Positions 8,485-17,772 of a stretch of 32,000 nt of DNA are shown here, one piece after another. The translations under genes were made by a program, and so were the position numbers. The notes under the pieces are model-generated. The model had not been told where the DNA came from and searched no databases. It was given only the letters and a program-made list of their open reading frames with translations. Location of the stretch: positions 110,602 through 142,601 of the forward strand of contig JBBABY010000002.1 in assembly GCA_041657425.1 (NCBI GenBank), given 5' to 3'. Position 1 is the first letter of the stretch; each line of letters begins with the position of its first letter. This stretch comes from an archaeon. Lineage in GTDB: Archaea; Iainarchaeota; Iainarchaeia; Iainarchaeales; CSSED10-239.

Positions 8485-9261
8485 ATGGAAAACATAGAAA
8501 CTAAGGGGATAACCACTTCAAACATAACTGCTAGTTACTTTGAAGATATTGGCTTTAAAAAAAAGTACGCTAATGTTTACTTAGCTCTTCTTAAGTTTGG
8601 GCATATGGGCATACCTGACATTGTTAAAAAAACTGGAGTTCAAAGAAGTTATCTTTACGACATTCTTGATGAATTGATTGAAAAAGGAATTGTTGGAAGT
8701 TATGTAAAAAATAACACTAAAATATTTTTTGCTGATGATCCAGAAAAAGTTCTAAAGATAATTAATAAGAAAGAAGAAAATATTAAGAATTTTAAAAAAG
8801 AATACACTGACATTCTTCCAACGTTAATTTCAATTAGTAGTAAAAATGAAAAAGATGAATTATTTTCATATGAAGGAAAAAAAGGAATTAAAAATATCTA
8901 TGATGACATTTTAAAAGAAGGGAAAGACTTTGTTTGTTTTGCAGGAACTGGATTTCCTGACGATTTTTACAAAGACTTTGTAAAAACATTTAATATTAGA
9001 TGTAAGAAAAAAGGAATTAAATACAAACTAATATTTTCGGACGCACTTAAATCTCGCGGTCCATTAGAAGTACACAAAGATGTTTGTGAAATTAAATATT
9101 TACCAAAAGAATATAATTATTCTTTTGCTATGCATGTTTATGGAGACAAAGTTTCAATCATTATTTGGCAATCACAAATGGGTATTGTAATAAAAAGTAA
9201 AAATGCTGCAAACGGATTTGCGGATTACTTTGAAATGATATGGAAGATTGCTAAAGAATAA
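8485..9261 (+). CDS. TrmB-family transcriptional regulator
   Basis: N-terminal winged HTH (FEDIGFKKKYANVYLALLKFGHMGIPDIVKKTGVQRSYLYDILDELIEKGIV) plus a C-terminal TrmB-type domain. Close paralog of 10507..11307 (both end YFEMIWKIAKE). Confidence 0.8.
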   Translation: MENIETKGITTSNITASYFEDIGFKKKYANVYLALLKFGHMGIPDIVKKTGVQRSYLYDILDELIEKGIVGSYVKNNTKIFFADDPEKVLKIINKKEENIKNFKKEYTDILPTLISISSKNEKDELFSYEGKKGIKNIYDDILKEGKDFVCFAGTGFPDDFYKDFVKTFNIRCKKKGIKYKLIFSDALKSRGPLEVHKDVCEIKYLPKEYNYSFAMHVYGDKVSIIIWQSQMGIVIKSKNAANGFADYFEMIWKIAKE

Positions 9262-9280
9262 AAAAGAAAAGATATCTTCT

Positions 9281-10396
9281 CTAAGATATCTTTAATGATA
9301 CTGCTTCTCCATTTTCAATAATGAAGTAATCTACTTGTGGATTTATTGCTCTTCCAATTGAAGAGTTATAATTTATTACTGTACCTGTTGCTTGATCATT
9401 TAACATTGCATCAGTAATACATACTTTATCTGCCTTTCCACATTTCTTTACTGCAGAATATAATTTAAATATTCCATCATAATCTGTTGGAGCATTTCCA
9501 GTTATTCCTGTTGTGTTACCATATTCTACATTGTAATCGCTTGTAAATGTGTCAGAATATTTTAATACACTAATAACTGTTCCATTTAAATTTTCTGTAC
9601 CAATTGTAGTTTTAATTTTGTCTGTAAATGTGTTTGATGCATCTCCAAATAACACTAAGTTATTTAACTCAAGATCTAACTTTGCAGTATATACTCCAAT
9701 TGTTGTACCTTCATAAGCACATGAAAATAATCCATAATATCCTTCATTGCTTAACTTAAGTAATACTGTTTTTAGGTCTTGTACCCCTACTAAACTTTCA
9801 ACTTTTATATTTTCTTGTGTGTAATAATTTAATGCACCTTTTTGACAATCAATTGGCATAGCCCCACCAACACCATCAAGTATTGCAATCTTTTCAATTC
9901 CTTGTGATTTTGCAATTTTTGCAAATGTTGTACATTCTGCTTCTGCATTTCTATATGTTTTTACTGAGTAATCATATTTTGTTAATGGATCTGTTGTGTA
10001 CGCACTATACAATACAAACATATTGTTATCTTTAGCAATTGGAACAACTGCACCTGATGGGCCAGTAAATTCTACAAATATTACATCAACATTATCTATT
10101 TGTACTAACTTGTTTGCTGCAACTGCAGCTTCTTTTGCATCTGATTTTGAATCTTCAACTATTACTTGTATTGAATCATCACCATACATTTCTTTTATTT
10201 TCTTTTCTGCTAACAATACTGCTCTTGAATCTGGCACTCCAAGATAACTTGTTGTTCCAGTTATTCCTGTAATAAAACCTATCTTTACTGTTTGTGGTTC
10301 TGATTTTTTAGTTGCTTGAATTGCAACAACAACTATTAAGGCAATAACTGCAATTGCTACAATAATTAAAATCCAATTTTTATTTTCTGTTTTCAT
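9281..10396 (-). CDS. ABC substrate-binding protein 2 (divergent LivK-like), membrane-anchored
   Basis: TM anchor WILIIVAIAVIALIVVVAIQ, then VKIGFITGITGTTSYLG. Start trimmed to the ATG at 10396, which has GGAGG 9 nt upstream. The ORF track begins at 10417. Confidence 0.75.
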   Translation of the reverse strand: MKTENKNWILIIVAIAVIALIVVVAIQATKKSEPQTVKIGFITGITGTTSYLGVPDSRAVLLAEKKIKEMYGDDSIQVIVEDSKSDAKEAAVAANKLVQIDNVDVIFVEFTGPSGAVVPIAKDNNMFVLYSAYTTDPLTKYDYSVKTYRNAEAECTTFAKIAKSQGIEKIAILDGVGGAMPIDCQKGALNYYTQENIKVESLVGVQDLKTVLLKLSNEGYYGLFSCAYEGTTIGVYTAKLDLELNNLVLFGDASNTFTDKIKTTIGTENLNGTVISVLKYSDTFTSDYNVEYGNTTGITGNAPTDYDGIFKLYSAVKKCGKADKVCITDAMLNDQATGTVINYNSSIGRAINPQVDYFIIENGEAVSLKIS

Positions 10397-10466
10397 AGTT
10401 TCTTTCCTCCAAATCATTTTATCAAGTTATTAAATAACTTATAATCGTTCTTGCTTATAAGTGAGT

Positions 10467-10485
10467 GTAGTAAATAACTTACTAC
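10467..10485. promoter_or_regulatory. palindromic candidate operator GTAGTAA-N5-TTACTAC followed by TTTTTAAAG
   Basis: Same 7-bp arms and same downstream TATA-like box as 8436..8453. It lies upstream of the paralogous TrmB gene. Confidence 0.55.
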
Positions 10486-10506
10486 TTTTTAAAGATTTCT
10501 GTATTT

Positions 10507-11307
10507 ATGCTATTTATGAAGGAAAAAACCTCAGAAGTAATGGCGATGCCTGACCTTAATCCAGCAGACTTATTTAGTTACTTTGAAGAAATAGGGTTTA
10601 AGAGAAACCATGCAAACACTTATCTTGCTTTGTTGAAATTTGGACAACTTGGAATGCGCGACATTGTTAAAAAAACAGGAATACAAAGAAGTTATGTTTA
10701 TGATATCTTAGATGAACTAACAGAAAAAGGACTTGTTGGATTTTTTACAAAAAACAAAAATAGAGTTTACTTTGCTGATGATCCAGAAAAGATTTTAGAA
10801 TTAATAAATAATAAAGAAGAAAAAATAAAAAACTTCAAACAAAAATACACAGCATTACTTCCTAGTTTAATTTCAGTAACCAATGTTGAAGGAAAAGATG
10901 GACTGTATGCTTATGAAGGAAGAAACGGTTTAAAGAATATATTTGAAGACATGATTAAAGAAGGAAAAGATTTTGTTTGTTTTGGAGGAGAAGGAGAATT
11001 CTCTAAATACTATCCAGAATATGCAAACACTTTTACTTTAAGATGTAAACAAAAAGGAATGGCACAAAAAATTGTTTATTCAAGTTCACTTAGAGGAAAG
11101 AGACCACTTCCAATACAGAAAATAATTAAATGTGAAATTAAGTTTTTACCTAAAGAATATTATTATCCATTTGCAATTTATGTTTATGGAGATAAAACCG
11201 CAATCATTATGTGGCAATCAATGCAAGGAATATTGATCAAAGGAGAAAGCACAGCAAAGGGATTTGAAGACTATTTTGAAATGATATGGAAAATTGCTAA
11301 AGAATAA
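10507..11307 (+). CDS. TrmB-family transcriptional regulator (paralog)
   Basis: wHTH FEEIGFKRNHANTYLALLKFGQLGMRDIVKKTGIQRSYVYDILDELTEKGLV. Collinear with 8485..9261 along its full length. Confidence 0.8.
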   Translation: MLFMKEKTSEVMAMPDLNPADLFSYFEEIGFKRNHANTYLALLKFGQLGMRDIVKKTGIQRSYVYDILDELTEKGLVGFFTKNKNRVYFADDPEKILELINNKEEKIKNFKQKYTALLPSLISVTNVEGKDGLYAYEGRNGLKNIFEDMIKEGKDFVCFGGEGEFSKYYPEYANTFTLRCKQKGMAQKIVYSSSLRGKRPLPIQKIIKCEIKFLPKEYYYPFAIYVYGDKTAIIMWQSMQGILIKGESTAKGFEDYFEMIWKIAKE

Positions 11308-11327
11308 ATAAAAAAAGAAAAAAGAAA

Positions 11328-12476
11328 TCAGTTGTAAATTACAACTGTTCCGTTTCTTATTGTGTTGAAGATGTAACTTGATTGTACGTCTCCGTATGAA
11401 TCGAAAGTTACTGTTCCTGATGTCATGTGCTTGTCTTTGATTGAGTAAAGATATGCTTTTGCACATTCTGTGTCTTCTTTACAATGATCTATTGCTTCAG
11501 CTATAACATATACTGAATCATAAGTGTATGCTGAGTAAGACAATGGTAATTGATTTGGGAAGTCTTGTCCGTATAATGATTTTAACTTGTTACTGTATTC
11601 TAAAGTAACTGGGTCTTTGTCATTAATGTTGTATTGAGGATAGATTGCTCCTTCAACTAACTCTGGATACTCGCTTACAATTTCAGGTAAAGCAATCATT
11701 TCGTTTGTAAATATCTTTGGTTTATAGTTGTTTGCTTGAAATTCATTTAAGATTAATCTTAATGTTGCCTTTCCTGTTGAGTTTGGTATTAAGTAAACTG
11801 CCTGTGGGTTACTTGCAATTACTTTTGTAACAATTGTTCTAAAATCATTTTCTGTTGACATATATCCTTCTTCTAAAACTATTTTGTTATTTGAGTCTTT
11901 TAGATATTCAGCTTTGAAAGTATCTGCAAGTGCTTTAGAGTATGCTTCGTTTTCATAAATGATTGCTACTTTTGTTATTTTTTGATTAACCATTTCTTCT
12001 GAAACCTTTTGTGCAAGATATGAGTCTGATGGTATTAATCTAAAAACGTAATCTCCTGCATTTGTTATTTCTTGACTTGATCCTGATGGTGATAACATTA
12101 TTACTTTTGAACTTTCTATTATTGGTGCTGCACCAAGAACTTCTGAACTACAGAATCCTCCAATTATATAATCTACTTTATCAATATTTACTAATTTACT
12201 TGCAGCATTAGCTGCTTCTTTAGAATCACATTTTCCATCTTCGTAAATGAATTCTATTTTATTTTGATCTTTGTTGATTTCACTCTTTGCTAACTCTAGT
12301 GATTTAGACAATTCATCTCCAAGACCAGCAGCGTCTCCTGATAGTGGCATAATTATTCCAATCTTTGTTACTGTTTGTTTTGAAGCAGGCGTGAATAAAC
12401 CACTAACTGTTGCTATTAAAACAAAACCAACTAATAACACTACTAAACTAACTAATAAAATATTTTTCTTTTGCAT
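11328..12476 (-). CDS. ABC substrate-binding protein 3, LivK-like, membrane-anchored
   Basis: TM anchor, then TKIGIIMPLSGDAAGLGDE...EDGKCDSKEAANAASKLVNIDKVDYIIGGFCSSE. Start trimmed to the ATG at 12476 with GGAGG 8 nt upstream. The ORF-track start at 12491 is a TTG. Confidence 0.8.
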   Translation of the reverse strand: MQKKNILLVSLVVLLVGFVLIATVSGLFTPASKQTVTKIGIIMPLSGDAAGLGDELSKSLELAKSEINKDQNKIEFIYEDGKCDSKEAANAASKLVNIDKVDYIIGGFCSSEVLGAAPIIESSKVIMLSPSGSSQEITNAGDYVFRLIPSDSYLAQKVSEEMVNQKITKVAIIYENEAYSKALADTFKAEYLKDSNNKIVLEEGYMSTENDFRTIVTKVIASNPQAVYLIPNSTGKATLRLILNEFQANNYKPKIFTNEMIALPEIVSEYPELVEGAIYPQYNINDKDPVTLEYSNKLKSLYGQDFPNQLPLSYSAYTYDSVYVIAEAIDHCKEDTECAKAYLYSIKDKHMTSGTVTFDSYGDVQSSYIFNTIRNGTVVIYN

Positions 12477-12572
12477 AATTTTTTCCTCCAATATGTTTTT
12501 TCTCTAATGCGTAAATGATATAATTAGAGCAGACCAAGTACTTAAGAAATACCAGAGAAAAACTAAACAAAC

Positions 12573-12598
12573 CAGTAGTATTTATAAATATATTACTG
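12573..12598. promoter_or_regulatory. near-palindrome CAGTAGTA-TTTATAAATA-TATTACTG spanning a TATA-like core
   Basis: 8-nt arms are 7/8 complementary. It shares the GTAGTA/TTACT half-site with the two TrmB operators. It lies 13 nt before the Lrp/AsnC gene start. Confidence 0.35.
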
Positions 12599-12610
12599 CT
12601 TTATTTAATT

Positions 12611-13591
12611 ATGGATGAAATAACCCAAATTGATAGAAAAATCATATATGAACTATCAATTAATTCTAGGTTAAGTTATAAGGAACTAGCAAAGAAAATT
12701 GACTCAAAGAAAGACACTGTTGCTTACCATGTTAATCAATTGATTGATAACAAAGTAATAACTAAGTTCTTGCCCGTGTTTTCTTTATCTAAACTTAATA
12801 TTCTAACATATAAGATTTATTTCAAACTACAAGGACTAACTCCTGACAAAGAAAAAGAACTTTATGATTATCTAGTAAATAGTCAAAAAATTGATTGGGT
12901 GGTTAAAGTCCTAGGGCAATGGGATTTGTTTATTGGACTATATTCTAAAACACCTCTTGAGTTTTCAAAAACAAAAGATGAATTACTTTCTAAATTTAAT
13001 GATATTATAACAAGCTATCAAGTTGTTCAAATGGCAGACCAAACAATTGCATTTGGAAGAGATTACTTGATTGATAAGCCAGATGTCATCTATAGAAAAG
13101 AATTTGTTTTTATTTCTCAGAATGAAAAGACTCAATTAGATTTAACTGATCTAAAAATAATTAATGAAATTAAAAATGATGGAAGATTCAAGTATCTTGA
13201 TGTTTCTAAAAAGATTGGGATTAATGAAAAGACAATTAGAGAAAGAATAAAGAAGATGAAAGAAAATAATTTCTTGCAAGGTTACACTATCTTTATTGAT
13301 CCTAAGAAGATTAATGGATTTACCTACAAGCTTTGTATCTACTTAAGTGACCATGATCAAAAAAGATTTAATGAACTAATTGATTACACAAAGCTTAACC
13401 CTAATGTTGTTCGCCTGATTAAATCAATTGGGCCATGGGAATTAGAGATTGAACTAGAAGCAAGTGATATTTTAAAGATATACGAATACACAAATCAACT
13501 AAAGAATAAATTCTCAACAACAATAAAGCAAATAGATATTTCAATTATGACAGATGAATTGAAATTGAATTACTTTCCTGGAAACTATTAA
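12611..13591 (+). CDS. tandem (double) Lrp/AsnC-family transcriptional regulator
   Basis: There are two HTH_AsnC-like modules: IDRKIIYELSINSRLSYKELAKKIDSKKDTVAYHVNQLIDNKVI and DLKIINEIKNDGRFKYLDVSKKIGINEKTIRERIKKMKENNFL. Each is followed by a RAM-like segment. Confidence 0.75.
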   Translation: MDEITQIDRKIIYELSINSRLSYKELAKKIDSKKDTVAYHVNQLIDNKVITKFLPVFSLSKLNILTYKIYFKLQGLTPDKEKELYDYLVNSQKIDWVVKVLGQWDLFIGLYSKTPLEFSKTKDELLSKFNDIITSYQVVQMADQTIAFGRDYLIDKPDVIYRKEFVFISQNEKTQLDLTDLKIINEIKNDGRFKYLDVSKKIGINEKTIRERIKKMKENNFLQGYTIFIDPKKINGFTYKLCIYLSDHDQKRFNELIDYTKLNPNVVRLIKSIGPWELEIELEASDILKIYEYTNQLKNKFSTTIKQIDISIMTDELKLNYFPGNY

Positions 13592-13610
13592 AAAAAGAAA
13601 AAGAAAAAAA

Positions 13611-14747
13611 CTACTTTAGTAAAGTAGCTTTCCCATCTCTTACTATGTTTAACTGGAAGTACATGTCTGGATCTCCATTCTTGTCAAAGCTTATTGTTCC
13701 TGAAGTTCCATCGTAATCCTTTACTGAGTATAAATAATCTTTTATACATTCTGTATCTTCTTGATCACATTTCTCTAGTGCTTGTGCTGTAATGTATACT
13801 GAATCATATACTCCTGCAACCATTTGTAAAGAATAGGTTGGATCTGTATTGTATGTTGTTCTGTAGTTGCTTAAGAATGCTACAAAGTCTTCTTTATCTT
13901 GATCAAACTTTATTTCTGAATAGATTACTCCTTCAAGTAAAGTTGGAACTGCATCTAAAACATCTTTGTTTACTAATGCTCTTGTTGAAAATAAGGCTGT
14001 ACCGTTTGCTAGAGTATCTAATTGTTTTAGAAATTCAATTGAGTTTACTCCTTTTAATGGCAAGAAAAGAACTGCATCAGTATTAGCTGATTTAATCTTT
14101 GTAATTTCTGTTCTGAAATCTATTTGATCTGTTGCATATTGTTCAGAGAAAGCAATTGTTCCTCCAAGTTCTTTAAACTTATTTTCAAAGTCTTTTTGTA
14201 CAGAAGCTGAAAAAGCATCTGGTGCTGTTAATATTGATACTTTTCTATAACCTTCTTCATACATATAGTTTGCTAACATCTCTGTACCTTTTGTATCATT
14301 AGGAGAAATTCTAAAAACATAATCTCCTGCTGAAGAGATTGCTGGACTTGCTGACATTACTCCAAATACTACAGTACTACTTTCGTTTGCAATCTTTGCA
14401 CTACTTAATGTTACTGTACTACATACTGTATAGATTAATGGAACGTGATCTATGTTAATTAACTTGTTTGTAGCATCACTTGCTAACTTTCCATCACATT
14501 GACCATCTTCTACAATTAATTCTAATTTATGACCTTTTACTCCACCTTTACTGTTTATTTCATTTACTGCTAATTGAGCTGCATTTAATGCTGGAATACC
14601 AAAAGAAGTTGTTCCTCCACTTAACCCTGAAATCATTCCTAACTTTATAGTGTCTTTAGGTTTACTTGCATTTACTAAATAAAATCCAAATAGTAAAATC
14701 CCCACCATCACTAACGCAATTACTAACATTTTTGTATTTTTTTTCAT
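13611..14747 (-). CDS. ABC substrate-binding protein 4, LivK-like, membrane-anchored
   Basis: TM anchor, then IKLGMISGLSGGTTSFGIPALNAAQLAVNEINSKGGVKGHKLELIVEDGQCD. Start trimmed to the ATG at 14747, preceded by AGGAGG. The ORF-track start at 14774 is a GTG. Confidence 0.8.
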   Translation of the reverse strand: MKKNTKMLVIALVMVGILLFGFYLVNASKPKDTIKLGMISGLSGGTTSFGIPALNAAQLAVNEINSKGGVKGHKLELIVEDGQCDGKLASDATNKLINIDHVPLIYTVCSTVTLSSAKIANESSTVVFGVMSASPAISSAGDYVFRISPNDTKGTEMLANYMYEEGYRKVSILTAPDAFSASVQKDFENKFKELGGTIAFSEQYATDQIDFRTEITKIKSANTDAVLFLPLKGVNSIEFLKQLDTLANGTALFSTRALVNKDVLDAVPTLLEGVIYSEIKFDQDKEDFVAFLSNYRTTYNTDPTYSLQMVAGVYDSVYITAQALEKCDQEDTECIKDYLYSVKDYDGTSGTISFDKNGDPDMYFQLNIVRDGKATLLK

Positions 14748-14817
14748 ATGATTTCCTCCTTTTAATTTGTTCACTTTATTAAATAACTTATCTTCAAAGG
14801 AGTATATCTAAATAAGG

Positions 14818-14832
14818 ACCCCCTAAGGGGGT
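14818..14832. promoter_or_regulatory. GC-rich perfect palindrome ACCCCCT-A-AGGGGGT in a divergent promoter region
   Basis: 7-bp arms with a 1-nt centre. It is an isolated GC island in AT-rich intergenic DNA between binding-protein gene 4 and a TrmB gene. Confidence 0.4.
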
Positions 14833-14875
14833 ATTAACAGAAAACTATATAAAAGTAATATTGCCTAATATTATT

Positions 14876-15613
14876 ATGGAAGAACTAGAGATTATTGGGT
14901 TTACTAAGAATGAAAGCAGAGTTTACTTAGAACTTCTTAAGCTTGGCAAATCAACTAAAACTCCAATTGCTTACAAATCAGGAGTATCTACTTCTAAAGT
15001 TTATGATATTTTAGAAAGATTAAGAAGCAAAGGACTTGTGTCAATTTCTACAATTAATAAGGTAAAATACTTTAAAGCAGCACCACCTAATCAACTAAAT
15101 CATTATCTTGAAAAAAAAGAAAGCGAATTAGCAAATCAGAAGAAAATGATTAGTAATATAATGCCAACACTAAACGAATACACAAACAAAAACGAAGAAA
15201 AATTTGTTACAAAATATTATACTGGCACAAATGGACTAAAAACAGCAATAAACGAAATATTAGATTTAGCAAAAGAAAACACAATCTATTATGGAATGGG
15301 AATAACTGAAAAGAAAAATGAGATGCTAAATATCAACTGGGTACATTGGCACAGAAAGAGGGCAAAAAAGAACATTACTTCTAAATTAATATTTGGAGAA
15401 ATAGATAATCAAAAATATTATAACAATCTCAAAAACATTAGTAAAACAGAAGTAAAAATAATGAATGCTCAAACTCCTTCTGCATTAGCAATACTAGACG
15501 GAAGAGTTTTAATTGTAAACTATACAGAAGTTCCTGTTGCAATAATTATTGAAGATAAAAATATTAGTGAAACATTTATAACTTTCTTTAATAATATTTG
15601 GAATATTATCTAA
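14876..15613 (+). CDS. TrmB-family transcriptional regulator
   Basis: MEELEIIGFTKNESRVYLELLKLGKSTKTPIAYKSGVSTSKVYDILERLRSKGLV is a typical TrmB N-terminus. Start trimmed from the TTG at 14861 to the first ATG. Confidence 0.8.
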   Translation: MEELEIIGFTKNESRVYLELLKLGKSTKTPIAYKSGVSTSKVYDILERLRSKGLVSISTINKVKYFKAAPPNQLNHYLEKKESELANQKKMISNIMPTLNEYTNKNEEKFVTKYYTGTNGLKTAINEILDLAKENTIYYGMGITEKKNEMLNINWVHWHRKRAKKNITSKLIFGEIDNQKYYNNLKNISKTEVKIMNAQTPSALAILDGRVLIVNYTEVPVAIIIEDKNISETFITFFNNIWNII

Positions 15614-15647
15614 TTTATCTTTTAAGATTTATTGAATTATGAAAAGT

Positions 15648-16358
15648 TTATCTGCCACCAAAGTAAATATTTTTTATTTTCGTATCGTTTAAGATTTCTT
15701 TTGTTCCTTCTAGGGCAACTTTTCCATCCTCGAAAATGTAAATCTTGTCTGAGATCTCTGCTGCTTGCTTTGCGTTCTGCTCTACTATAAGGATTGTTGT
15801 CTTATCCTTCTTGTTTATTTCTTTAACTATTCCAAAAATTTCTTTCATGGTCTTTGGATCAAGGCCAATTGATGGTTCATCAAGAAGAAGAACTTCTGGT
15901 TTAACAAGAAGAGCTCTAGCAATGGCAAGGATCTGTTGCTGGCCGCCTGAAAGAGTATATGCTGAATCATTTTCTTTCTCTTTTAACATTGGAAACCTCA
16001 TTAACATTTCTTGAATGAGTTGCTTCTTTTCTTTCTCTTTTAACTTGCTTGAGAAAAGACCAATCTCTAAGTTCTCATAGACTGTTAGATCATTAAATAT
16101 TCTTTTACCTTGTGGACAGTAATTGATTCCAAGATTGATTAATTTGTGAGTTTTTGTTTTCGTAATTTTATTTCCATTGTAGATAATGTCGCCGGAGTAT
16201 ATGTCACACTGATTGAAGATCGACTTAAGAAGAGTAGATTTTCCTGCACCATTTGGACCAATGATTGAAACTACTTTTCCTATTTCTATTCTCATAGATA
16301 TGTCCTTTAGTACTTGGCTATTATCATATCCTGCATTTAGTTTCTTTATTTCAATCAT
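15648..16358 (-). CDS. livF: branched-chain amino acid ABC transporter ATP-binding protein, LivF-type
   Basis: Walker A GPNGAGKST, signature LSGGQQQ, Walker B LLLDEPS. The size and N-terminus are LivF-like. Confidence 0.9.
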   Translation of the reverse strand: MIEIKKLNAGYDNSQVLKDISMRIEIGKVVSIIGPNGAGKSTLLKSIFNQCDIYSGDIIYNGNKITKTKTHKLINLGINYCPQGKRIFNDLTVYENLEIGLFSSKLKEKEKKQLIQEMLMRFPMLKEKENDSAYTLSGGQQQILAIARALLVKPEVLLLDEPSIGLDPKTMKEIFGIVKEINKKDKTTILIVEQNAKQAAEISDKIYIFEDGKVALEGTKEILNDTKIKNIYFGGR

Positions 16359-16361
16359 ACT

Positions 16362-17099
16362 TTATTCTCCAAGATAAGCTTCAAGTACTTTTTTATTGTT
16401 CTTTATTTGTTCTGGCGAACCTTTTGCTATAACTTTGCCATCATCCATAACTATTATTTCATCACAGATATTAAGAGTAAAGAACATGTCGTGCTCTATT
16501 AAAAGAATTGTTTCTCCACTACCCTTTAATAATTTTAAAACTTCCATAATTGTGTTTCTAATGCTTGGGTGAACTCCAGCTACTGGTTCATCAAGAATCA
16601 TAAGCTTATGCGGTTTAAGAATTGCTCTACACAACTCAACTAATCTTTTCTGACCATAGCTTAGTTCTTTACATTGTAAGTCTTTCACTTCATAGATCTT
16701 TAATAACTCTAGAACTTCTTTGATTCTTTTTTCTTGCTTTGTGTTTAATTTATTACTTGAAAAAAAAGACTTAAGAAACTTTGTATTCTCTTCCTCAATT
16801 GCTATTTCTAGATTTTCATAAACTGTTAAATTATTGAATAATCTAGATTTTTGAAAAACTCTTGAAATTCCTGAATTTGCAATACCTTCTGGAGTAAATT
16901 TAGAAATGTCTTTACCATTAAAGATAATTGTTCCAGAATCTTCTTTTTCAAAACCAGAAATTATATTAAAAACAGTTGACTTTCCTGCGCCATTTGGGCC
17001 AATAAGTCCTGTTATTTTATTTGGTTTAATTGTAAAATTACAATTGTCTGCAGCTTTAATTGCTCCGTAACTTTTATTTAAGTTTTTTATTTGTAACAT
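16362..17099 (-). CDS. livG: branched-chain amino acid ABC transporter ATP-binding protein, LivG-type
   Basis: Walker A GPNGAGKST, signature LSYGQKR, Walker B LMILDEPVAG. It lies 3 nt upstream of livF. Confidence 0.9.
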   Translation of the reverse strand: MLQIKNLNKSYGAIKAADNCNFTIKPNKITGLIGPNGAGKSTVFNIISGFEKEDSGTIIFNGKDISKFTPEGIANSGISRVFQKSRLFNNLTVYENLEIAIEEENTKFLKSFFSSNKLNTKQEKRIKEVLELLKIYEVKDLQCKELSYGQKRLVELCRAILKPHKLMILDEPVAGVHPSIRNTIMEVLKLLKGSGETILLIEHDMFFTLNICDEIIVMDDGKVIAKGSPEQIKNNKKVLEAYLGE

Positions 17100-17107
17100 A
17101 ATATTTT

Positions 17108-17764
17108 CTACTTTGCAACTGATCTTCTAATATTTTTTTCTTTACTATAAAGTTTATTTGCTTGATATCCAGTTCTATAATTAACTCTATTATCAAGGCC
17201 TCTCATTTCTTTATCTTGGTGGCCAACAAATGTAGATAATTTGTCAATTACTTCTGAATTTACTTTATATCCCCTTCTGTCAAGATTTAAAGAAACATAA
17301 TCTAACCATTCATTGCGACATTTTTGTGCATAATCTCCAAAAGCTACCACTTTTAGATTTTTACTTAGTTTTTTATAAATCTGTGGGCTAAACTCTTGTT
17401 CTGGAATATACCCCATAGGAATAAATCTTTTCTTAAGAGCAATATTGCAAAATTCAATAAATCTTCCAGCAATTTTATCAAACACAAGACGAGCCGCGCT
17501 ATTTTTGGGTACAGGGCAATATAATACAACTAAAGTATTTGGTTTTTTTGATAACTCTAAAATCTTTTCTCCATATGCTTGTAATGTTTGTTTAAGTTTA
17601 AATTTATTTTTCTTATCTTTAAGAATTAAATTTGTATACTTTAGAATTTCTTCAGAACTCATTTGAGTTTTTGAAGCAACCACTACTTCTTTTGGTATAT
17701 TTGATAATAATAAATTATATAATGGATGAACCACCATCACAATTTCATTATATTTTTCAGTCAT
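17108..17764 (-). CDS. hypothetical protein, apparently co-transcribed with livGF
   Basis: 218-aa ORF. It ends 8 nt before livG and starts 8 nt after the methyltransferase gene. I recognise no motif. Confidence 0.55.
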   Translation of the reverse strand: MTEKYNEIVMVVHPLYNLLLSNIPKEVVVASKTQMSSEEILKYTNLILKDKKNKFKLKQTLQAYGEKILELSKKPNTLVVLYCPVPKNSAARLVFDKIAGRFIEFCNIALKKRFIPMGYIPEQEFSPQIYKKLSKNLKVVAFGDYAQKCRNEWLDYVSLNLDRRGYKVNSEVIDKLSTFVGHQDKEMRGLDNRVNYRTGYQANKLYSKEKNIRRSVAK

Positions 17765-17772
17765 AATTTACT

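Noticed and set aside
11218-11466. 82-aa minus-strand ORF bridging the TrmB 3' end and the binding-protein 3 gene 3' end
   Set aside because: It overlaps two well-supported convergent genes and has low-complexity composition. It is most likely a chance ORF in AT-rich DNA.
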